Source: Lytechinus pictus (taxonomy: Eukaryota). From it: 64,000 nucleotides of DNA. The position numbers and the translations under genes are program-made. The notes below the pieces were generated by a model, which was not told the origin of the DNA, ran no database searches, and was given only the letters and a program-made list of their open reading frames with translations. Numbering within the stretch: position 1 is the stretch's first letter; every line of letters starts with the position of its first letter. The DNA is taken from the NCBI RefSeq assembly GCF_037042905.1, contig NC_087245.1:36954001-37018000 (forward strand), in the 5' to 3' direction. Shown piece after piece: positions 1-12,140 of the stretch.

Positions 1-306
1 TATATATGTTTTTTCTTTTTTGTTTGTTTTAAAGCCCTACTTAGCAAAAGCCTCTAATATTCTTTTTCATTTCATTTTAAACAAAAACACCGGATAAAAC
101 ATCCTTTTAGAACAGTTTTCCAAACTAAAAATCGAATGAAATATACTACAGCACTCAAACAGATTAATAATGAATGCAGGGGACGCAGAACTGATGGGGG
201 TGGCTTATGGGGCTTCTACCCCCACCCTTTCCAGTAAACATGTACAAAACCTACAATTTCAAAACCGTTCCACGACCCGTGCTTTATTATTTCTTTTACT
301 ATATAG

Positions 307-528
307 GTGTTCGTTTAGTAGATGGCACAACTGTCTTTAACGGTCGGGTTGAGGTATACACGGATTCCTACGGCTGGGGCACTGTATCTAGCTTGAGATG
401 GAACCTAAAGGATGCTTCCACAGTCTGTAAAGAGCTTGGTCTTCCTGGGGCTATAAGCGAGGTCACCAATGCTTACTATGGACCTGGAACAGGCGTAGTT
501 GTCATGACTAATGTCGACTGCAGTAATG
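307..528 (+). CDS. SRCR domain exon (N-terminal part) of an SRCR-WSC-CCP transmembrane protein; gene 5' end lies outside the window
   Basis: AG acceptor at 305-306 and GT donor at 529. Translates VRLVDG..GRVEVY..WGTV..W...A.TVCKELG..A.....A.YGPGTG..VMTNVDC, the SRCR consensus. Phase 1-1. Confidence 0.9.
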
Positions 529-1217
529 GTATCGAACTTTTTTTTATAACTCATTCAAAATTATGTTTATCTATCACAATGTACCTTTTCCCCCTCTTTA
601 TCTATATATACCACCTCTCATTCATTAAAACTATATATACTACCTTCACATCAGCCTGAGATAGGACTAATTTTGACATTTCAATGTTTGTTTAAAAACA
701 AAACCCCGATTTGTTGGTTTGAATTCGTTTGACCTATTGTTTGCTAAATCCATACAAATTCTGGTTGATTTTTTTTTCTGCTAGCATAGGAAGACATTAT
801 ATTTCCGAACACATATTTTATTTTTAATACCGGTCTTTTTCCAGATCGTATCTAATAATATATTACTTATTCCTAATTGATTAAGATTTTATCATTTTCC
901 TTTGGATTCATTTTTTTTGTAATTTAATCACAATAATTCCAAATTATACTACTACGTAATCAGTAAATTGTTTTGAAAGAAAATAATGAAATTACATAAA
1001 CGATCTTACTTTGTATATTGCCTAGGAAAAGCTAGTTACAAAAGCTTCGTCATGGGTTTACATAAATTACAGTGCAACATTGGTCTTGATAACAAAAGGT
1101 ATTGCTTTCAAATAAAATATTTTATAATGAATAGCTATACATAGTTATATATTGTGGACAAAATTTAAATTTAATCTTTACTAGCAAGAATCATCATTTT
1201 CCTACTCTTTTTGTCAG

Positions 1218-1301
1218 ATATCTTCCGACTTCAGGATTGTAATTTTCAAAGTCCCTGTTCTGCTTGCCCACACTCCCAAGATGCTGGGGTAAATTGCCAC
1301 C
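1218..1301 (+). CDS. SRCR domain exon (C-terminal part)
   Basis: ttgtcag acceptor and gtaagt donor at 1302. In frame with the previous exon: DIFRLQDCNFQSPCSACPHSQDAGVNCH, matching the SRCR C-x-H-x-x-DAGV-x-C end. Too short for the ORF track. Confidence 0.9.
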
Positions 1302-1900
1302 GTAAGTAGAAACTATCGAGGTGATTGGCTGGATGCGCATCACGTGACAAGCTTATATTTTGTTATATTTCCCCTGTGTATGATAGAACTCAACATCCAA
1401 TGAACTGGTCAAACGCCTTTTCAATTCAATCCAGGAATCCCTGATGATTTAGGGATTGACTTTTGCCTCTGTCCAAATACCGCTCTGTTTGTGGGCTAAA
1501 ACAATATATTTTTCATTCCCAATGTGTGCACCCGACAGTTTGAGTACATGCTTTCCCCTCGAAGATTTACCCCCATTTAATAAAATAGATATGGCTCTTT
1601 TAATTAGGGAGACATTATAAGCTTTTGGTTGTATTTTAAGATTAAATACAATATATTTACATTATGAAAATCATTCAAATTACATTCAATCTTATTGTAA
1701 TTTGTGTCACATCTAACTATTAGATATTTTACTGTGCTAATCCTTATAATGGACTTATTTTTGTCCAATATTTCTTCCTCTGCTTGTGTGTTTGGTTATT
1801 TTTAAAACATATTTCATCTACAATAGCTTTTGACAGAATAGAATAGTGGAATGTATAGGGTTATGCCTCATTAAATTTTTTTCTGATTATTCACAACCAG

Positions 1901-2164
1901 GGCCAAACTACTTAGGGTGCTACAACTTACCAAATCTCCAATCCGGTTCGAGTACTGCCAAAAGTGTCGATGCCTGTATATCTAAATGCGACCAGGCCAG
2001 TATGAGGTATGCTGCCGTCAACGGCGACAAATGTTTCTGCCGCTCAGATATGACCCTTCCGGAATCACCCGAAGACGATTCGATGTGCGATCGTCAATGC
2101 TCGGAAAATCAAAACCAGGCCTGTGGTAGTTCACATGGATCTTCAATATTTACAGTATACGATA
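1901..2164 (+). CDS. WSC domain exon
   Basis: caaccag acceptor and gtaagt donor at 2165. YLGCY..SVDACISKC..YAAVNGDKCFC..C...C......CG.....VY is the 8-Cys WSC pattern. Phase 1-1. Confidence 0.9.
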
Positions 2165-2495
2165 GTAAGTATTTAAATCCCCTTTTCCTCTATCTCTCTT
2201 TCTCTGGGGTCTTGACTTTTCTAACTATGTTTATATCTTATATAAGCCCAATGTAAACAAGTACACCCTTTATTGACGAAATTTTCACCCCCCCCTAAAA
2301 AAAGTGAATGTTAACCACATATGTAGTTTGAGAATAAAGAAACGTAAGAATTAGGTCTGCTTATTGAAAATACTTTCTAATTCATGCATTTCATAACCCG
2401 GTGATTTCATCCCGTGTTGATATTTTTCTCAATTTAATCTACATTTCAAATCCTATATTGAATTTTATTATTTTTTCTCTCTCTCCCTCAACCAG

Positions 2496-2690
2496 CCGAA
2501 TTTGCCAAATGCAACGATCCTGATATCCCAGAAAACAGCACAAGAACAGGAAACAGTTTTCAGTTCGGGTCAAAGTTAAAATACAACTGTTCTGAAGGCT
2601 TTGATCTGATTGGATCATGGGAGATCACGTGTGTGGAAGGGATAAGTTTACAAGACCCTGTGTGGGATCACGACGTACCAGAATGTATAG
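2496..2690 (+). CDS. CCP/sushi (SCR) domain exon
   Basis: Polypyrimidine tract with accag acceptor, GT donor at 2691. Translates CNDPDIPENS..GNSFQFGSKLKYNCSEGFDLIGSWEITC..WDHDVPEC (4 Cys plus Trp). Phase 1-1. Confidence 0.9.
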
Positions 2691-2984
2691 GTATTTATCA
2701 TTATAGTTATTATTAGTATTATTTTTATTATTATTGTTAATATTATTATTAATATTATTATTATTATTATCATTATTATCATTATCATTATTATCATCAT
2801 CATCATCATCATCATTCATCATCATTATCTTGACTTTTCTTCATCCTTTAGCGCTTCAAACGTATTTTGTTTATGTTTACTTCCTACTGTGTATCATTAT
2901 CAATGTAAAAAATATATTCTGTCAATTTATTATTGTTATACATGGTGAAAAATAAAACAAACAAACAAATAATCAGAAGACGAT

Positions 2985-4325
2985 ATCGGATCTCGTCAGG
3001 TCTACAATCTGAGGCAGATATGAATATGATCAGATGACAACATCTTGGTTCTCGGCAGGTGATGACGAGATGACGAAATCACTGAAGTCGCTAGCTTGCA
3101 ATTAAAGTTTCTCTGTGCACTCAGACACGCGACGTTACACGTGGTATGGATCTATTATAGCTCCATGCACGTGGATACGTATTTCGGCATCCTACAATAA
3201 TTTGCTCTAAGGGACGCCAACGTGATAAAATATCGAGATCTCGTCTTCTAATGATCTCTCCTGGGGGACGTATACATGACGAGATCCAGACTCTCATTAT
3301 TCTGATCATCTCTTCCAAATGATGTAGACATATCGACACCCAAGATCTCGTCACTTGATCATCTCTTCGTACATCTCTGGCGTACAGATAGGTGGGGGGA
3401 TTCCCCCCCCCCCAAAAAAAAAAATAATAATAATAATAATCACGTCCAAGAAGAAAAAAAAAGAGAAAATGAGGGAAAAGGAAAGAGAGAAGAGTGAAAT
3501 ATGACAGTATTGTCTGAATGTTATGTCCAAATCTATCACAAAATAGGAATTTTTTTTAAATAAATAAATATCGAAATTTGTGCTCGCTCTCGCTTCACTC
3601 GCTCGCAACTTTTTATACATTCCTCCTAAATCGCCATATCTGGCCCCCTCAATTTTGGGGCCCATTACGCTACTGCTTCTAAAGGATGTAGATATGGCGA
3701 GACTCAAAACCTGATCATCTCTTCTTAAGGATGTAGACATGACGAGACTCAAGATCTCGCCACCTGATCATCTCTTCTTAAGGATGCAGACATGACGAGA
3801 CTCAAGATCTCGTTACCTGATCATCTCTTCTAAATGGTGTAGACATGACGAGACTCAAGATCTCGTCACCTGATCATTTCTTAAGGATGTAGACATGACG
3901 AGACTCAAAATCTCGCCACCTGATCATCTCTTCTTAAGGATGTAGACATGTCGAGACTCAAGATCTCGTCACCTGATCATCTCTTCTTAATAATAATAAT
4001 AATATAGGGTATTTATATTGCGCACATATCCACCTTGTTAGGTGCTCAAGGCGCTCCTATTACCCGGCTAAGCTAGGCGTTCATAGCGCACACAGCTTTT
4101 TAAGGAATTATTTCCTACCGGTACCCATTTACCTCACCTGGGTTGAGTGCAGCACATTGTGGACCAGTTTCTTGCTGAAGGAAATTATGCCATGGCTGGG
4201 ATTCGAACCCACGACCCTCTGTTTCAAAGTCCGAAGACTAATTCACTGGGCCACAACTCTCCACATCTTAAGGATGTAGATCATCTCTCCTGAATGGTGT
4301 AGACATGAGATCTCGTCACCTGATA
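2985..4325. repeat. Intronic ~53-bp minisatellite interrupted by a MITE and a SINE
   Basis: Unit gatctcgtcacctgatcatctcttcttaaggatgtagacatgacgagactcaa recurs (e.g. 3753, 3806) and degenerates at the edges. Confidence 0.9.
3991..4265 (-). mobile_element. tRNA-derived SINE, apparently full length
   Basis: Minus strand shows A-box (tggcccagtg), B-box (gggttcgaatccc), core caacccaggtgaggtaaatgggtacc and an (ATT)n tail. TCTTAA duplicated at 3985-3990 and 4266-4271. Confidence 0.9.
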
Positions 4326-5584
4326 TTTCGCTAATTTCATGTAGGTGTTGACTTCCAAGATAATCGTTTCAAATCTAGGGCCCGTTTCTTTAAACTTATT
4401 ATAATAAAAACAAATGGAATAACAGTTACAAGCTACTAAAATCCATCAATCTAATTGGCTGATAGTAAATTTGTTATATGAATTGTGCATTTTTTATTGC
4501 AACAAGTCTTTATGAAACGGGATATTGGGTCCCACTTTTAAGCGTCCGTAATACAAACCCAAATCAAAGATTGACACAGCGGACCAGATTAGTGTTTTAG
4601 CATTCGTCTATTCGATTTCATCACAAGCAACGTTTGAAAGTAAATACAAGAAATATACATATCTCTCAAAGCATGACCAATATTCATAAACTAATGTGCG
4701 TCATTGATTATTTTCCAAACTTTGAAAGACTATCCCTCTTGGTTTGATTTTTTTTTGCTTCTGATGAAGTAGACACTAAAGTGGTCTTCTGCGTCATACT
4801 TTGTTTTGGATCTACAATCAAGATATACGGCACATGCGTGATTGAAAAAAAAAACCACCGCTAAGTGTTGAGTCACATAATAAGACTAAGGATATTACAT
4901 GATCAACTGATTGAGCTGACGCTTACGTCGTCATGGTGATGATAATTGAAAAAGAAACATACGGTAGATACAAAAATATCATGCTGTCATAATGAAAAAA
5001 TGATGACGATTTAAAAGGCACATGTAAGAATTTAGACATATAAATTTAAGATGTATAACTTTATGTAAAGCCCCCTTTACACCACTCATTCAATGAACAA
5101 GGTTTTGATATAACCTTGTTCTCTGTTACTACTCCCTGTGCGGTGAAATAAGTTTGGCAATGTTTGGCGTATTTTCTCTTTTTCTTTGGGACAAATGCTT
5201 GATTTTTTTTACACTGTCAGTTTCCATTACAGCTATTCATCATATGACTTGGCTCTTAAGTAAATTTGATTCTTTAAATTATTTTTTCTTAATTAAAAAT
5301 AGAGATTGAAAAATGACTATTGTCTTCCCATTGTCTTTGTCTTTCCACCAAAAATATGCCCAAAATTCAAGTTTTCGAGCGCTCTGGTGAATACAAAAAA
5401 TACTCCCAAGTTACTAATGAAAAATAAATTGCAACTGTATGGAAATTGTATTTTTGGTCACAAAAGTGATATTTTAATGATTTTTTAAAGTGTGTGCTGT
5501 GTACAGCATTGACATACCATAGTCCTACCTGTAGATTCCCCACGGGCAGGATGGTAATGAACCCTTGAGTGCCTTTACACCAGG

Positions 5585-5756
5585 TGGGTGTTTCATAAAG
5601 CTGTTCGTAAGTTAAGAGCGACTTTAAGAGCGACTGGTGATTCCTTCCTGCGGTAGGTGGTATATTGAATCGGCGATGGTTTAGCGCGTAAGAAAGGATC
5701 ACTAGTCGTTCTTAAAGTCGTTCTTAACTTACGAACAGCTTTATGAAACGGCCCCC
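5585..5756. mobile_element. Foldback MITE (PIF/Harbinger-like); second copy at about 52750-52945
   Basis: Long TIRs gtttcataaagctgttcgtaagttaag / cttaacttacgaacagctttatgaaac. Superfamily inferred from G-rich termini only. Confidence 0.75.
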
Positions 5757-6089
5757 AGATGAAGTTCCCGCTATGTTGTAGAAATTCAGAAGAAAACATA
5801 TGTCGTGCCGCCAACTTCGTTTGATTTTCTCAAAAAATCTGAAATTTCCACGTTCGTGTTACGTCCAAATTGTTTTTTTACTTTGCCGGTACGGAGGCAA
5901 TGATGTTCCAAATCATCACCTTCTATATCTGTCTTTGTCCCCCCGCCATTCTGCCCCCCTCACTCTCTCAATTTCTCCTTTCCCACTGTGTATCTCTTCT
6001 ATCAATCTCTTTATCTTCTATTTTTCGATCAATTTCTTCAATTTCAAGTTATTCGTTTAATTCTTTAATTCTCTATTATCATTTTTAAG

Positions 6090-6155
6090 CCCGCGTCGAA
6101 AACACCACTCAACCAACGAATACCACAGCATTGCCACAAGAGGAATTACCCAATA
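6090..6155 (+). CDS. Short Thr/Pro-rich stalk exon
   Basis: Long pyrimidine tract, taag acceptor, gtaagt donor at 6156. 66 nt, phase 1-1: ARVENTTQPTNTTALPQEELPN with two N-glycosylation sequons. Confidence 0.65.
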
Positions 6156-6269
6156 GTAAGTTTATTTTCATTTATATATATGTATATATACATATGTACA
6201 TGCTTCTCATTGTCGTATGCAGAGGGGTCAGGTCCCCCCCCCCCCGAAGTTTGAATACCGTCCTGTATG

Positions 6270-7022
6270 TTTTTGTCTCACCTGCATAGCAGAGTGAGAC
6301 TATAGGCGCCGCTTTTCCGACGGCGACGGCGGCGGCGGCGGCGGCGTCAACACCAAATCTTAACCTGAGGTTAAGTTTTTGAAATGACAGCATAACTTAG
6401 AAAGTATATGGACCTAGTTCATGAAACTTGGCCATAAGGTTAATCAAGTATCACTGAACATCCTGCATGAGTTTCACATCACATGACCAAGGTCAAAGGT
6501 CATTTAGGGTCAATGAACTTTGGCCGAATTGGGGGTATCTGTTGAATTACCATCATAACTTTGAAAGTTTATGGATCTGATTCATGAAACTTGGACATAA
6601 TAGTAATCAAGTATTACTGAACATCCTGTGCAAGTTTCAGGTCACATAATCAAGGTCAAAGGTCATTTAGGGTCAATGAACTTTGGCCAAATTGGGGTAT
6701 TTGTTGAATTACAGCCATAAATTTGAAAGTGTGTTGGTCTAGTTCATAAAACTTGGACATAATAGTAATCAAGTATCACTGAACATCCTGTGCGAGTTTC
6801 AGGTCACATGATCAAGGTCAAAGGTCATGTAAGGTCAAAGAACTTTGGCCACGTTGGGGGTATTTGTTGAATTGCCATCATATCTCTATAAGTGTATTGG
6901 TCTAGTTCATAAAAAAGTATCACTGAACATCTTGTGCGAGTTATAGTAGTTTTCAAAATCAGCACTGCTGCTATATTGAATCGCGTGATGCAGGTGAGAC
7001 GGCCAGAGGCATTCCACTTGTT
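6270..7022 (+). mobile_element. Helentron-type non-autonomous element (HINE/DINE-1/pearl-like), family A copy 1
   Basis: 5' palindromic subTIR gtctcacctgc-ata-gcagagtgagac, (GGC)n microsatellite, about four ~162-bp tandem units, 3' subTIR gcaggtgagac, short hairpin, CTTGT end, T-rich insertion site. Confidence 0.8.
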
Positions 7023-7876
7023 ACTAAAAAAAATCACAAAATTCACCAAAAGTGTGCACGAAAGCCTTCAATTTCACTTTAGAAAATGCAAAAGCGCCCA
7101 AGTGGTAAGCTCGGATGCTTCGCTCCCTCGCTTCCGAATTTCTTCTTTAAAAAATTTACGCTTCCCACCCTCCCCTCCGGAGGGGGGGGGGAGATTAATT
7201 TCTGCATGCGGTCACGATGCTTCTTATCTAAGCCCTGTTTTGTTTCCTCATTTTCCCTTCAAAATAATGCTTTCACAAGTCGTCAAAGTATATTGAAATA
7301 ATAATATACCGGAAACATTTTAAAAAAAATCATTACATTTGAAGTGATGGCAAATAGGTTCATCATGATATTTTACAAACACATCAATTATCACAGTCTG
7401 GAGGAGTAAGGGAAAATGAATGATATGGGAAATTGGATGCAAATAATAAATTGACGTTACCCAACAGTCTAATATCCCTTTCTCCCCATGTACGAGGCCG
7501 ATCATGACGTTATCTATATCATAATTATTTTTCTGCTCAGACTAACCTTGCTTTCGGTTTCAAAACATGCCCCAGAGGAGCTCAGTTAACTTCTACGTGG
7601 TTAGAGTGACCATGGAGGTAGAAAGGATGGAGTGACAACAAAATGCAAATTAATTCATGTATTTTTTTTATTTCTAAAGAAGTTCATAAGAATACATAGG
7701 TGCACTGTAGCCTTTGGTGGCGACTTGCGACTTGTGATGTCGCCAGCTTCATGTATTATTGATATTATGATAATGATTATTATTATGATTGTTATTATTA
7801 AATTATAATATTTATTACTATTATTATTGGTACTATTATATATGAATAAACATTCCTTGATATTTTGTTATAACAG

Positions 7877-8019
7877 ACGACCTTCTCAACATTCTGACAA
7901 TCGTCCTCGTGGTCGTCTTCTCGTTCATCTTCCTCGTCATCCTCCTATGCTGTATCTGTCGATGTCGGAAGAAAGGAAGGTGTAAAAGGAAACCAAAGAA
8001 GACGGAGATGTGGTATTAA
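7877..8019 (+). CDS. Terminal exon: transmembrane helix and Cys/Lys-rich cytoplasmic tail
   Basis: taacag acceptor, phase 1. DLLNILTIVLVVVFSFIFLVILLCCICRCRKKGRCKRKPKKTEMWY, TAA at 8017-8019, AATAAA motifs downstream. Confidence 0.85.
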
Positions 8020-9424
8020 AACTAAACATCTCAGTAAAAACAAAATTAAACAACCTTGTATAAACTTGAATTTCTATATGAACCTATCATCGGCTGTTCT
8101 AAATTGAATAACTTTTGACAAATTTCAACAATAAAATTCGATTTTCAAATATTAGAATTTCAACACTGTTGTTTAAATTTCATAAAGATTTGTTTAAAAT
8201 TCAAACACCTGATCGGTTCATACAGCAACCCGTGTTGTATAAAGCGTTTTTATTGTGTTCACACTACCCTCGCTTGCCATGTATTTTGTCCCACGATTTA
8301 CACGAATCAATGATTAGGGGGTAAATGAACTATCTTTGTCACGTCATTACTGCGATGTTTTTTTTTATCTGTGTATTTATATGTAAATGATAGTACTTCA
8401 TAGACGGGGATAATGCTTCTATTTACTGGATCAGTATGTAAGCTTGGAGGGCAAAAAATATGGAATTTACATCTTTCTGCGTAAGACTTTGCATGCAATG
8501 TAAAACTGATAGGGGTTTGTGTCAGAAGGAAATTGGATATGAAGAGATATTTCACTTATTCAAATCACCAATTTGATAACATTGTGAAAGTAAAATAAAT
8601 AAGTAAATAAATAGAATAAATGGATAAATAATTAAATAAACAAATGAATAAATAAATCAATAAATGAACAAATGAATAAACAAAATATTTTCATATTTTT
8701 ATTATGCCCATCGTGTGACAACACCAAACAGCCCAACTTATATTGTAATGAATTGATGTACTCTATATCCTAAGATGAGAACACATTAATACATTCCAGA
8801 ATGATATACAATACATTTAACATTGTAGATAGTCCACCTTGGCATTAAAAAAGGAGATATGAGCCAGTCATTTTAAGAAATAGGTCAATGAAATACAAAT
8901 TTGTTATATTCTTGGTCGCTTGAAATACTTCATTGTTTCATATAGGCCTATAAATGCTAACAATTATGAGTAAATTTGTCAGCAATTAACCCCTCCCCTG
9001 AACCATCCCGCACCATTATGAAATAACTTGTTTTTTCACTCTAAAAAAGAAGAGTAAAAAACGACCTGATATTGGGCAAAATACAAGTTTAAAGGGTAAA
9101 TTTTAACGCAGCATTGCGTAAAGTTTGCTAAGTATTTGGTATCATTTTACCCAGCAAACATACATGTTCCCATTTTACCCAATATTGGGTAAACAGAAAG
9201 AATGTGTACATTATATTACACAATTGTCTGTAAATTAGAATCGCATCTATTCTGTCACCTTTGTATATTATATTAATCATTGATTTTACATGATTTTGAT
9301 TGCAATGTTGATCATAAACCTACCGATCGATAGTATACCTTCTAGAAATAAATTATTTCTTTATAGGTAACAATGGCATATAGGCCTACATAATTGTGTG
9401 CGGCCATCCGTAAGTTATCTAAAC

Positions 9425-9655
9425 TTTACTTTGTTACAGTGGAAAACACTCCGTCCCTTGGATAGGACGTTAAATTGTGGCCCCGTGTAGAGGAGAGTCA
9501 CACATTTACACTAATCATAAATTATAAACCCGGTGTAGTGGTCCACCTGCATTCTCCCAATCAGTTTTATTTGGAAGAGAGACCTGCGGGTCGTAGTGAT
9601 TCAGTTCGCTTTTCACATCTCAGGCACATGTGACACCAAACAAAATAATAATAAA
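9425..9655 (+). mobile_element. SINE remnant with a Deu/Nin-like central domain
   Basis: ccgtcccttggataggacgttaaattgtggccccgtg resembles the Deu-domain core as I recall it. Ends in an (AAT)n tail. Head not recognisable. Confidence 0.5.
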
Positions 9656-10921
9656 AGAGACCCGTTGTAATTTTTCTTTTTTTTACCTGATTTCTTCAGC
9701 AATGTGCCAAATTGTAACCATTAAATCTATTTGATTGAAAAAAAAATGATTATCTAGATAAGGTTGGAGAAACCTTCAGTGGCCATGGTGAATTTGATTA
9801 TTTTATGATGAGCATTAATTTCATTCACTGTACAGTTAAATTATCTATAACATGCAATAAATAGGCGATGTCATGGGTGAACGATGGTGATGATGGTCAT
9901 TATGTCTGGTTGTGTTTTAAGAAACATGTTTGTACTCTTGTTTTCGCTTTAATATGCCTTCATTTATATTTACGTTGATATTTTGTACTTTTTTTTACAC
10001 TGAGTAAGTAATTGACATTTTTAACTGAAAACGAAAATCGAAAAACGCGGGAGCAAATTAATATGACATCATAATTTATTATTCCTGGTTCACACGCCGG
10101 ATGTTTTTGTTATGGAAATTTTCTTAGTCTTCAACAAGTTTTTCTAAACGACCGATTCGTTTTTGTACGTATCAAATGCATTCGGAAACTGTGTGGATAA
10201 ATCATTTGATATATAGAATACTAACTTTCGATATTTATGTTGTATAAAGATATCGATTTGATGAATAATCAACGGAGACTTATATTATGGCTGTGGATTC
10301 ATGATTCAGTTGTTGATTGATCTAAATGAGAGAGTTAGAGAGAGGGGGAAGATGAAGTCCTTTTTCATGTTAGTATATTAAAATTTGCAGCTCGCGCTTC
10401 GCGCTCACATTAATTGTTGGGTTATATAAACATCTTGTTCATGATTACAAAAAACTGTTCAGAATGTTTGATTTTCAGGTGTAAATGAAATATCTAAAAA
10501 TTTGGGCTTGTGTTTCACGCGCTCGCATTATTTATTTAGGTCTTTATTAGATATAACTTATCTTGTTTGTAAGAATGAGGCTAAGATGTACTTAAAACGC
10601 CAATCTTTAGTTAGGACTGCCCTCCTGCCCCCTAAAAAATATCAGCTTTTAGAGGCTATTTGGAAGAAATGTGGATGAAAATATTCTATCCTCCCCCACG
10701 TTTGCGGAAGCTGCAGGGGGGGGGGGATCCCCGTCCTACACCCTCACTCCGCTAGTTCGCTTTGCTCCCTCGCCGAGGATCTCCCTCTGTCAGAAATTGT
10801 GTTCAAGATTTTGCCACCCCCTCAAAACTAAAAAGTGTTCCGACTCACCTGTGCACCCACCTACATCATATAACAAGTAGGGTATCCTTTTAAGAGTCGG
10901 GTTGCCATTTTTTTAATAGTT

Positions 10922-11273
10922 TAGACAGATAGATATGTAGAAAGAAAGAAAGAAAGAAAGAAAAAAAAGAACTATAGATAGATAGACAGATAGATAGATA
11001 GATCGATAGAAGAAGAAAGAAAGAAAAAAGAAAGAAAGAAAGAGAAACAGAAAGAAAGATTGATAGATGGATAGATAGATATATAAATAGAAAGATAGAT
11101 CGATAGAAGAAGAAAGAAAGAAAGAAAGAGAAACAGAAAAAAGATGATAGATGGATAGATAGATAAATAGATAGATAGCAATAGATGGATGGATGGATGG
11201 TGGATGGATGGGTGGATGGATGGATAGATAGATGGATAGAAAGAAAGACAAAGGAAAGAAAGAAAGATGGATG

Positions 11274-11318
<45 letters not shown>

Positions 11319-11319
11319 G

Positions 11320-11400
<81 letters not shown>

Positions 11401-11512
11401 GGATGGATGGGTGGATGGATGCATATAGATAGATAGATAGGTAGGTAGATAAATTGATGGATGGGTGGGTGGATGGATGGATGGATAGATGGATGGATAG
11501 ATAGATAAATAA
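10922..11512. repeat. Compound (GATA)n/(GGAT)n/(GAAA)n microsatellite
   Basis: Seen directly in the sequence. Confidence 0.97.
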
Positions 11513-11857
11513 TCAAATAATAAATATAATTAACTAAGATGTTAGTGATTTCATTTTAGATATCATTATCTCTCTCTTTCTTCCTCTGGTTTCAAAACAC
11601 GATATTATATTACTCTGTTATTGGGATGATAATGAAATTCACGACGCTTTATTCTTGAAAGTGATTGCGGAACGATGATGCGAATGCTGTGTATTCGAAT
11701 TCTCGAAACTATTTTCATCACGGTGAAATCAATAATACGAAGAAAAGACCTTACTCACGTGCTGGGCTAGAGCAATTAAAAATGTATAATTGTTATCTTA
11801 AGTCGTTTCGTAACATTATAATATCGGTGAGGGATTAAGAGCTTTCATAATAATCCC

Positions 11858-11987
11858 TAGCGTATCAAGCATCAATATGACAAAGAAATGTATGGGCCCA
11901 TGCACAAACATAATAGAGTCAATATTGTTCCCAGACAATTGGGCTTATGAAATGCTTTGTAGGATCTGATGCTGGATACGCGCCTGA
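11858..11987. mobile_element. ~130-bp MITE; second copy at about 55161-55287
   Basis: TIR gcgtatc(a/c)agcatca / tgatgctggatacgc. The internal sequence is closely similar between the two copies. Confidence 0.8.
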
Positions 11988-12140
11988 TAATTAATGATGA
12001 TGATGATGAATTTATGATAATAATAATATGATAATAATAATAAAAACAACAACAGCAATAATAATAATAATAATAATAAAAATTAAAAAACAATAATAAT
12101 GATAATGATAATAATAATAATAATGATGATAACAATGATA

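Noticed and set aside
3680..3990. CRISPR-like array
   Set aside because: Units are contiguous and near-identical with no unique spacers, no cas genes, and the context is a eukaryotic intron.
10890..11516. 208-aa and overlapping IYLS-repeat ORFs
   Set aside because: Translations of a (GATA)n/(GGAT)n microsatellite.
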